Origin: an uncultured virus (IMG/VR IMGVR_UViG_3300027714_000006)
Lineage: Duplodnaviria > Heunggongvirae > Uroviricota > Caudoviricetes
DNA: 64,000 nucleotides
Reading direction: 5' to 3' (one strand)
IMG/VR virus record: IMGVR_UViG_3300027714_000006
Numbering within the stretch: the first letter of the stretch is position 1; the number at the start of each line of letters is the position of its first letter. Below, piece after piece: positions 49,356-59,300 of this stretch. The notes below the pieces were generated by a model. That model was given only the letters and a program-made list of their open reading frames with translations. It ran no database searches and was not told the origin of the DNA. The translations under genes were made by a program, and so were the position numbers.

Positions 49356-49735
49356 TAAAATTTCGCGTTTATATAAACAGTTTTCATAGTTTTATCCCCA
49401 TTGGGGTTATAGTTAGGTCTAACCTCATCGAATGAATCGTAAAGGTTATCAAAGTTCCTAATTCTATCAGTCCTAAACAATCTCCATCCAGGCATTGTAT
49501 TAGGTCTATCAGTTGCTCCGTCTTTTTGCCATGCCCTTACGACCGGGTTTCCTGGACCATTCTTAGTTCTAGAGAGACCAAAACATACGGGCTCTATAGT
49601 CCTCCAACCAGGATTATTGGTGGTGTCACCAGCGTAGTATATAGAAACTAAATTTCTATTTCTAATAGCTTTCATCACCTCATCACGATTGGCTACTTCT
49701 AATATAAGTTCACGAACTGTATTGTAAAGTTTCAT
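49355..49735 (-). CDS. Stand-alone WYL-domain protein
   Basis: AIRNRNLVSIYY...RTIEPVCFG...VRAWQ...GWRLFRTDRI. Confidence 0.8.
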   Translation of the reverse strand: MKLYNTVRELILEVANRDEVMKAIRNRNLVSIYYAGDTTNNPGWRTIEPVCFGLSRTKNGPGNPVVRAWQKDGATDRPNTMPGWRLFRTDRIRNFDNLYDSFDEVRPNYNPNGDKTMKTVYINAKF

Positions 49736-49749
49736 TTTAATTAACTAGT

Positions 49750-50073
49750 TTATATACCTACAGACTTTCCACCAGCTTCATCAGTAACATTATAATATTC
49801 TTTTTTCTTATTATATAGGTTACTAGCTACTAAAGATTTTCTTTCGTTCTTATCTGTTAGACTACCAGTTTCATCACTATAAACCCCTAAGTAACTTGCG
49901 TTACCCTTACCCTTTTCGTCATCACCAGTTGTAGCGTTCGAATGGTTAACCGAATAATTATTTTCTGGGTCATTTGGTTGGTAGATATTTTTAGTTATCA
50001 TTTTTTTATACTCCATCTCCGCGATGTCAGTTAATGTTTGTCCAGGTTTTGAATTGTACTTGTTATCAGCCAT
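49750..50073 (-). CDS. Hypothetical protein
   Basis: 107 aa, in the minus-strand operon. Confidence 0.7.
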   Translation of the reverse strand: MADNKYNSKPGQTLTDIAEMEYKKMITKNIYQPNDPENNYSVNHSNATTGDDEKGKGNASYLGVYSDETGSLTDKNERKSLVASNLYNKKKEYYNVTDEAGGKSVGI

Positions 50074-50089
50074 TTTTAATTGTTTTTAT

Positions 50090-50539
50090 TTAAATATTTA
50101 TTAATCTTTTTATTTCATCGATACTTTCCCTAAGTCTATTAGCCTTGTCAACCGTTGGGACGTGTACCGCTGTCACATTTGCATTATCGTCTCTTTCATG
50201 GGGTTTTTTATGTGTATTCTCAAGACCACCCCTCATTTTTGTTTTACGACCCCTAGATTCCCCCTCCCTAGTTTGTCTCTCCATTTCAGAAAAAGTACTT
50301 TTACCAAAATCACCACCAGTTAACTCGTAACCTGGATGACTTTCGTCATTACTCCTAAAGAAATTATTTATTTTTTTTAGTAGAGCTAAACTTATTACGG
50401 GACTATCAACTATGTTTTGTGCGCGAACGTAACCTTCCGTTGTTTTTGGTCCGTTAAAATCATTTAAAGAAGATTTAATTCTATTAACTAATTTATCAGG
50501 ACAAGTAAATGTCTTATTTTCTAAATTAATGTCCGGCAT
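50090..50539 (-). CDS. Hypothetical protein
   Basis: 149 aa; C-terminal LRESIDEIKRLI. Confidence 0.7.
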   Translation of the reverse strand: MPDINLENKTFTCPDKLVNRIKSSLNDFNGPKTTEGYVRAQNIVDSPVISLALLKKINNFFRSNDESHPGYELTGGDFGKSTFSEMERQTREGESRGRKTKMRGGLENTHKKPHERDDNANVTAVHVPTVDKANRLRESIDEIKRLINI

Positions 50540-51185
50540 TATCGTCTTTCATTAAGTTGTTTATCACTTCCATAAAGTCTTGGTCATCAGCTTCTATAGC
50601 TTTTTTAAGACTTTTAAATTTTCTTTTAACCAAAGGATTTACGTCATGGAGTTCTACAGGGTCACTTAAATCGTTTTCCCCATTTCTTTTAGATAAAATC
50701 ATTTCAATCATATCCTTCATCCTCTGTCTAGATTTTTCATTAATCATCTGTACGTCCTCTTCATCCGGTATTTGACCCATTTCCACAGCCTTATCTTGAG
50801 CTTTTCTAGTTGTCTTACCCAAATCTTCGTACTTTTCCACGGTATCATCCCAACCTAAACCATCGGTACTTATTAGGCCATCATCGTCATTATCAGCACC
50901 TAACTGTTTACCTAAATAGGCTTCACCCCAATATCGTTTATAGTAGTAATCGTAACTCATACCTCTTTGACGTGACCTATCAACTGTTTGGTCCAGAGTA
51001 CTCGAACTGGTCATATTAGCGACATTGACGTTATTAGGTATCTTACTACCAATCAATGAACCATCATAATCTACTAATTCTTCCAGTTCTTCCTCTTCTT
51101 TATTTATCTCATCTAACTCCCATTCATCGTGGGTTTTCCCATTATGTGTGGTCTCACAATCACCTTTATGTTTTAATTTCTTCAT
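50526..51185 (-). CDS. Acidic hypothetical protein
   Basis: 219 aa; minus-strand TATTTATA at 51199-51206. Confidence 0.72.
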   Translation of the reverse strand: MKKLKHKGDCETTHNGKTHDEWELDEINKEEEELEELVDYDGSLIGSKIPNNVNVANMTSSSTLDQTVDRSRQRGMSYDYYYKRYWGEAYLGKQLGADNDDDGLISTDGLGWDDTVEKYEDLGKTTRKAQDKAVEMGQIPDEEDVQMINEKSRQRMKDMIEMILSKRNGENDLSDPVELHDVNPLVKRKFKSLKKAIEADDQDFMEVINNLMKDDNAGH

Positions 51186-51198
51186 GTTTGCTTTTTCT

Positions 51199-51230
51199 TA
51201 TAAATATTAACTACACCTATAAGTATTTAT
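51199..51230. promoter_or_regulatory. Divergent pair of putative late promoters
   Basis: TATAAATA at 51199-51206 (TATTTATA on the minus strand) and TATTTAT at 51224-51230 on the plus strand. Confidence 0.65.
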
Positions 51231-51235
51231 GAATA

Positions 51236-52435
51236 ATGGGACCACAGAATTTAAAGAATTATTATTTTAATAGATTAGACGCTAAATTAGACTACACATC
51301 CTACTATGATTTTTTCTTAGTAGCTGATGAAAGGGATATTAACACGGAAGTTTTATACTCTAAAAATATCATTGGTTACGATGATTGTGAGGTTTTACCC
51401 GTCTGGATAGACTTAGGTAACCCGTCCTCTTCATTGCAATTGACTATGGAATGTGGTACATTTTACCCTAACAATACAATATTGAGTATAAGTGGTACAT
51501 GTTGGTGTCACGCAACACCATCAGCAAAAGATTTGGATTGTATAGATTGTGGGGTTGATTGTTATACCTCTGGGTGTACAGAAATGGGTGGATTTATCAC
51601 ATCCATCTGTGATATAGGGTTAACGGGGATGGATAACGGTTGGACCAATTCTTTAAAAAGAAACGCAGATAAGGTAGAAATCTGTTGGTCTGGTTGTGGT
51701 TACCCTTATTATTGGGAATTATCTCCGGATACACAATTATTAAATGCTGATAATTGTGAATGTAGTCTTAGTGAGGTTACTGACATATATACTGGTCACT
51801 TTAGTGCTGGTACTTGTTGGGAGTCTAGTGGGTTTACTTGGTCACCCAATACTAACATACCTGATTGGATTAAGAGTAAAATAGAAAATGACTACAATTA
51901 CGGAACAGGAATCTACACTTTTAGTACTAGTATACAAAAAACAAACCAAGACTGTGGTGGATTTATAAAAACATCATACACTGTTTTTGTTTCAGAACCA
52001 GAATGTTTATGTTGCCCACCGATAATTGATGACGAACCATGTGAAACTACCACAAGCACTACCACAATACCAGAACCAACAACAACGACAACAACATACA
52101 CGGCACCAACAACCACAACTACCACAATACCAGTACCAACAACAACTACAACAACTTGTAACCCACCCGTTTGTTATGGTATATCTGATTGTAATGCGAA
52201 CGCTTGGTTTCTATCTTTGATACGACCATGTGCGTCACCACTATTAGTAGATGGTGGGTATTATAGTTTCTCTGGGTTAACTAATGGTACATATGACCCT
52301 AATGGCTCGCTAACATATAGTGGGTGTTATAGAACAACAGTGGAACCGTGTGTACCAGATGTATCTACCTTGAGGATTATTGATGGTAATACATTATCTA
52401 ACCAGTTTATCAATTGTGCAACTTGTAATCAATAA
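51236..52435 (+). CDS. Cys-rich putative virion protein with a poly-Thr/Pro stalk
   Basis: 399 aa; TTTSTTTIPEPTTTTTT tracts and many CxC/CxxC motifs. Confidence 0.7.
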   Translation: MGPQNLKNYYFNRLDAKLDYTSYYDFFLVADERDINTEVLYSKNIIGYDDCEVLPVWIDLGNPSSSLQLTMECGTFYPNNTILSISGTCWCHATPSAKDLDCIDCGVDCYTSGCTEMGGFITSICDIGLTGMDNGWTNSLKRNADKVEICWSGCGYPYYWELSPDTQLLNADNCECSLSEVTDIYTGHFSAGTCWESSGFTWSPNTNIPDWIKSKIENDYNYGTGIYTFSTSIQKTNQDCGGFIKTSYTVFVSEPECLCCPPIIDDEPCETTTSTTTIPEPTTTTTTYTAPTTTTTTIPVPTTTTTTCNPPVCYGISDCNANAWFLSLIRPCASPLLVDGGYYSFSGLTNGTYDPNGSLTYSGCYRTTVEPCVPDVSTLRIIDGNTLSNQFINCATCNQ

Positions 52436-52496
52436 TTAATCATGAAATTACAAGTAATAATAGATGGTAATATATTTATAGAATAATTATAATAAT

Positions 52497-53339
52497 ATGG
52501 CTCAAAATTGTATCAATTTTTATATAACCGGAAGTAGTGCACCTTATGATGTATATTTGTGCCAATCTGGTTGTACTAATTGCGTTTATTCGGGACAGAC
52601 AGGTCCTGGTGACGTATTTGGAAATGTATGTTTTCCAATGTGTATTCCTTGTGGTGAAGACTACTGCATAAAGACTATTTCCGTACCACATCCAGAGTGT
52701 GAAAACTGTGATTGTTTCAGTGGTACTTGTTGTTTAACCGCCACTACAATTTTTGGTGGGACCGGGTGCACCTATAACCCATACAATGTTATGGTACAAG
52801 GAGTTATATCCCCACAAAGTACATCAGGAAATACAAATCTAATTGGTAGAGCTGTAAACGCTCCTGGGTTAACAAATGGAAAATATTATAAAACGGATAT
52901 GTTTGGTACGGTACAAGTGGTTTCAGCTACTACAGATAATACAGGTCCTTTCTTTAAATTTACTGATTCGATAGCTTATAACACAGCTTGTGAATCTAAT
53001 ACAGCGTACTGTTTACAGTCCGTTTGTCTAAGTGGTGTTACAACTACAGCTGGGACTTTCAGGGACCACGTAATCTCAACAGGATTCACTCTTGAGTATA
53101 GTTACCCTTTTTCTAGTTACTCGTCCTCCGGGTTAACAAAAGAAAATTATTGGGATAGTCATTTGAAATACTCTCTTTTAACTACGGGTGTTTATGGTTG
53201 GGAAGTCTATGCTTCCAGTACTTCTGGTACTACATTTACCCCAGTTAGACTACTTACCGGTGCCACTCTGGTAGGAACTTATATATCTGTGTATAGTGGA
53301 ATAACTAACGGTGTGACCTACTCAGGAGCATGTTCATAA
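52497..53339 (+). CDS. Cys/Ser/Thr/Gly-rich putative virion surface protein
   Basis: 280 aa; TATTTATA at 52473; shares an LC.S.CTNC module with the giant protein. Confidence 0.7.
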   Translation: MAQNCINFYITGSSAPYDVYLCQSGCTNCVYSGQTGPGDVFGNVCFPMCIPCGEDYCIKTISVPHPECENCDCFSGTCCLTATTIFGGTGCTYNPYNVMVQGVISPQSTSGNTNLIGRAVNAPGLTNGKYYKTDMFGTVQVVSATTDNTGPFFKFTDSIAYNTACESNTAYCLQSVCLSGVTTTAGTFRDHVISTGFTLEYSYPFSSYSSSGLTKENYWDSHLKYSLLTTGVYGWEVYASSTSGTTFTPVRLLTGATLVGTYISVYSGITNGVTYSGACS

Positions 53340-53356
53340 TTTAATATTTTAATTAT

Positions 53357-56300
53357 ATGCCTTCACCAAATTTCTCCGCTTATACTATACAACAAGGTTC
53401 AATTTCTGGACCTAACATATGGAAGTATGATTTATATGAGTGGAATTTAGCCCCCGTAGGTTCACCACCACCATTAATACCTAGGAACGAAGCGGGTATC
53501 ACAGAATCTCCAGAATCTTCGTACTCTGGTCCATTTTTTAATATGGACCCATACTATGGAATGACCCAAAAGAATAAAAAACTTTATGGGTTCGCTGGTG
53601 AAAATGGTTCCATAAGTTCTTGGCAATTACCAGGACAAATCTTCAAAACAGACCAAGACTGGGGAGGTAGGACCAAAACAATATATTCGGGGCTTACATT
53701 AACATTACCTTACGATAACCATGGGTGGCAACCTTTAGTTGGTGGATTTGCTTATGATGAAGCAAACGATTGTTTTACCTTATTAAGGTGTACAAACATG
53801 CAAGGGGTTGATATGACAATGGGTGGTATGGGTTCATGGGTTTACCCAGCTGTTGGTGATTTATATTTACACACTTGGAGTGTTAGTCATCCAAATGCAA
53901 CACCACAACAACCATTTTATTCTGGGACTACCTGTTTTTTAAATAGTGGTCTTGGTTTAGCGTATAGACAGAGTGAGTTATACGCGGTAGGCTATATCAG
54001 TGGGATGACAAGTGGTCTAACATTCCAACACATAAACACAAACAATGGGGTTAACACAGTATTAAGTTATTGTTCAGCACATGTTTCATATGTTATTAAT
54101 AACCAAGCGGGTCGTAATATACCATTTGGTGGAAGAGCGTGGGTTGGTGACTTAACCTACGATGAGTATGATGATAAATTTTACTTTCTATCCTACAATG
54201 GGTTAGCTAAAATAGACCCACAAACCTATAACTGGGAGGTGGTACCCCAAACAGCGTCAACACAAACAACATACGTACCTAATTACAATCATAAAATGTT
54301 TGGGTTTGAGATTATAGAACCTGTTGTTACAACTACCACAACACTTTGTACAGAAGAGTATAGTATAGATGTTTCTCCAGATTTTACAAACTCTACAATA
54401 TCTTTATGTGATTCAGATTGTACCAATTGCCAAATAATGTACGTGTCAGGATGTACAGCTCCACATTTTGGTTGGTGTACAGCAAGTACCACTTGTTTTG
54501 ATTTGACTTTAGAATGTTGTAAAACGTATTGTGTGGAAGTGTTAGCACCAGACGGTTGTTCGTATACTGAGTATATTACAGCTGAATGCCCTTCTACCAC
54601 AACAACAACGACTTATATCCCACCAGAACCAACAACCACAACCACCACTACAGAATGTGTGTGTATTTACCCTGTAGAGTATTTCCAAGGTGTATTATCT
54701 GGTGTAACGTATCCTGGTGATATGTTAGAAGGTTCTTATTGTAATGATGTGACTTCACCGTACATATATAACCACATTAGTAACCCTTCTAATAGTATAT
54801 TAACACACGGTATATTAATAAAACAAAACCCTTGGGGGTCACTACCGATATCTAATAACTGGTGGAGCCTTATTAGGGATATTGGAGCAAACAATTATCT
54901 ATTAGTTGGTACTGGGAGTACATTAACAACTATCTATGACGGCATCCCACCTTTAGCGAACGACTTTTTGGTGACTGATGGTCAGTGTGAGTGTGTTACT
55001 ACCACCACAACAATTTTAGGTTTTACAACTACAACTACATTACCTGGCCAAACAACAACTACAACTACATTACCTGGCCAAACAACAACTACAACCACGT
55101 TACCTGGTCAAACAACAACTACAACAACACTTGACCCATGTGATTTTGGTACAATCCCGTTAACTGGTGATTGTCCAACAACAACAACAACCACGGTACC
55201 ACCAACCACAACAACTACAACACCAGACCCATGTGATTTTGGTACTATACCACTTACTGGTGATTGCGTTACTAGTACGACAACACCAGACCCTTACGCG
55301 TCAACAACAACGACAACGATACCGTGTTGTGATGAGTGTTGCTTAATTACAGGAGCTTGGGAGATAATCAATACGGGAACCACAGGAAATAATGGTTTTT
55401 ATTCGATACATAAAACTTCACCCCACACCCAAACCACGTTACCTATTGCTTTAAAAGACCCAACAATGTGGGGAGCTATACCACATATGTTCTTCCAAGG
55501 GTTCGCTAAAAGAACAACAAATAACTTTTTATATGGGGCATTTTTAGAACATAAAATAGATGATACTTGTAATGGTACATCTAGATACGACTTACACATA
55601 TACCAAGTAAACCCTAACACAGGTAGTGGGTCTTTAGCTCAAACTTATACTGGTTATGATGTGTGTAATAACACAAGTGGTATAAGAACTGAGGAGTTAG
55701 GTGAAGGTTGTTTAGGTTATGATAGCTTAAATGATAAATTAATTTTTATTCCTTATAATAATACTGTTCATCCGGTATATCAGATACAACCATGGGTTAA
55801 TGGTAGTGTAACTTATTTGGGTGATTTTACCGTATTTACAAGTCCACCTAACCCATATGCTCATATGAGTGGGTTATCTAACGTACCAGGAACTAACAAT
55901 TTTTATACTTATTTGGATGAATGTTCTTTTGGTCCAGGAAATTGTAATTCATCAGCTGGTTATGTGTGTATTTTTGATGGTACAACATTAAACGCCAATC
56001 CAATACCTGGGACTATAAACCCATTACTTAATAGTAGTATTTCCGCTGGTTTACTATATGATTGTGAAGACCTTTACATTGTAAGACAACTACCTAGTTG
56101 TTCGGGGGGTACACCACAACAGTTCCAACATACGTGGATTGACGAAAGTCTGATTATATCTGGTCAATGTGCCTTTACTATTCCCACCCCTTGGTCATGT
56201 GCTCCCGGAAATATTCAAGGAGCTGCTCCATTGTTTGGACCAATAATAGGGGCTGAATCACTTAAGTTAAGTTTAAACGTACTTGACAAAGATGGGAATT

Positions 56301-59300
56301 TTGTAAGTATGGATATGTTAACTGGGGACACAACCAACCCACTAACTTTAACGGTATACGACCCATTTACTAACACTAACATAGGACAATGGGACTATAA
56401 TATTGTAATGGATGGTAATTTTCCTGGTGTTCCATCATGTATGCCTACAACACCTTCACCTTGTGGTGAAGGTACTCTTCAGCATCAAAATTGTACCGGT
56501 AATAGAGATTGGTATCAGGCAGGTGTAGCCCAATGTGGCCAATGGCCTAATTCTCCTGCTGGGAATTGTGCAAATATTTTATATCTTGAAAATCCAGCTA
56601 ATATAGGTTTAGGTGTAATGGTAGGTGAACCATCTCAATTTGAAATAACTTTACAATTTGGTGGAATGGGTACACCATGTCAACCAGAATATGCTGAGAT
56701 ATGGAAAGATGGGGGTATGACTACACCAGGAGAAATTGTAACACAAGGGGTATTTGATGTAGGTACAAACGGTAACCTACCAGGGGTGGGGACATTCAAA
56801 GACCAAGTAATGGGTGCAGAGTATATGAAAGTATTGATGTATGACTCAGCCCAATCAGGTCAAGTTTTTAACGGGGATAATTTTACCGCTAGTACTAATA
56901 ATTGGAACTTCACGGTTAGACATCCTGACGGTTCTGGTACAATTATAGGAAGTTGGAAATATGAATTAGTTAGGTACCCAACAGGACCTGGATTCCCTGT
57001 TGCTATTTGTGATGCGACACCACCAATTAGTGCTGGTGCAGGTGGTGGTAGGTGTCGTGGTGGGGCGGCACCTTGTATTGCTGGTGCTCCAGCACTTACA
57101 CCAACTCCACTAATGGAACACACATACTGTTTCTTTTTCAAAAACCCAATACCAGCTGGTAGTCCAATTGACCTATCCGATTACGCCCCAGGCTCCAGTC
57201 ATGGTAACGATATTGAAATTAGTTGGGGAGAAAATACGTGTTGTTCTGGAGCGACAGATAACCTAGTTTTAACAAAATATACATTACCTTCAGGACCTAT
57301 AACTAATACTATATTAGGTAGTATATCTGGAGTAACAGCGTTAGCTGGTTTAGAATGTGCTGGTAGTTTTTGTGAGACACCGGACAATCCTTGTCCCACA
57401 ACCACAACAACTACAGTACCTGTATCGACAACAACAACTACAGACCCGTGTGCCCCATCTACTACCACGTCTACGACAACACTTGGGCCACCAACAACTA
57501 CAACTACTACACCCGCACCACCAACAACAACCACAACCACACTTCTAGTATCGTGTGAATGTGAATGCCCACCTACACCACCTAGTGAATGTCCATGTAT
57601 ATTTTCTGGTACTAATTTTTATGTGTTTTATGATGGGAGTGGTAGTTTTGCTGTTAGTGTAGCTCAATTAGCTAATAATGTGGTTCTACCTTGGTGGCAA
57701 CAATTTATTCAAACATTACCTGGTTATACTGGGTGTTTATATCAGGCTACAGTACCACCACCACAACAACAATCTGAATCTTGGTTAAGGTATTCACGAT
57801 ACCCATGGGAAGGTACAAATGCATTTATACCAACCCCAGTTGGGATAAGTGTTCCACAAGGTGTATGTGGGTCTGGACTTGATATGCCAATAGCCGCGGC
57901 TCTAAATGACCCTAATGCTGTGGTTATTTCTTTTGTCAATGAAACTGAACCTTGGTATAACGATAGTCCATGGTTACCGGTATGTAATGCTCCAAGTGGC
58001 GTTGGTGTTATAACACCACCAGTACCCTGTACTGATTGGAATACCAACCAACTCAACAGTATTAATGTAACATCTGGGTTACAGAAAATAACACCAACAG
58101 AAAATTACTTAAGAGATTTTGATTCTTTTATGGGTACATACTATAATGGTGTTTGGGACCAACCTACTGGTACTCCAGGTAATAATGGTTCATTTAATAG
58201 TTTTGTTTACACATTACCAGTAAATGATACCCAACAGGAAAGGATTACTCAATTAAATGCGTATGGAGCTGTTGAAGGTAGAGTAGTTCCCGCGGTGGAC
58301 TTTGTAGATATTGGTGCCGCAAATAATGGTGGTGGTCTATATAATTTTGATGCTATAAAACAAACAAACCCTTATTGTGCGGATGCTTGTTTTTGGAATT
58401 CTGGTTACGGTCCAGGTAAAACACCTGATGGTAGGTGTGTAAGTGGGTTAACACATTTTGGTTTTATATCAGTACATAGTCACGAATACTTACTATCTAA
58501 TTGGTTAGGGACTACACAAGCTAATAATATTGGTATAGCTACATTATCAGCGACAGTATGTTTTCATACAGCATGTACTTCAGGTATTACAGTAGAAGAG
58601 TGTTGTATCACTGGTTCAACAGCAGAACAATGGATTGTGGATAACCCTGGTTCAGTTAGTGGTTTGGCTATTGGTGAGACATTTAATGACATAGACCATA
58701 AGGCGTGTTATAAGGTTATAGTGACACCTAACCCTCTTCCACCCAATGGGATAACCTTAAACCCACTAGGTCTTTTTGGTATTGATAACTGTGTTGAATG
58801 TATGGCTAATGGAGATGGTGAAGACCCATATTGTGCACCAACAACCACAACTACAACCAAGATATTTAGAACAACAACAACAACTAGTACCACTTTTAGA
58901 CAAATTTATGGGGTAGAAAGATGTTGTTGTCCGTCAGCTGATACAAGGACATACCAACCGATAATGCCGGAAGGTACCCACTATAGTAAACCTAAGACGA
59001 CTGTGACCTTGGGAGACTATGTTAACCTAAACCCTTTACCAAACAGCACTCCCTTACCAACTATACCATTAAACGCAAACGCAAATGTGGATGTTACATT
59101 ACATATGTTTGAGGATTGTCCAGGTGACCCTTCTATACCACAACTGAATGGGTACCCTAAATTTGCTCCAGTATGGCTTGATTCTCAGACAGGGTACGTT
59201 GATAGTGCATACCTTGGTCAAGACTTAGCCGCAGTACAAGAATATTCATTAAATAATCAAAATTTTTATAATCATCTAGGTAGCCCAAACCCTGGAGAAG

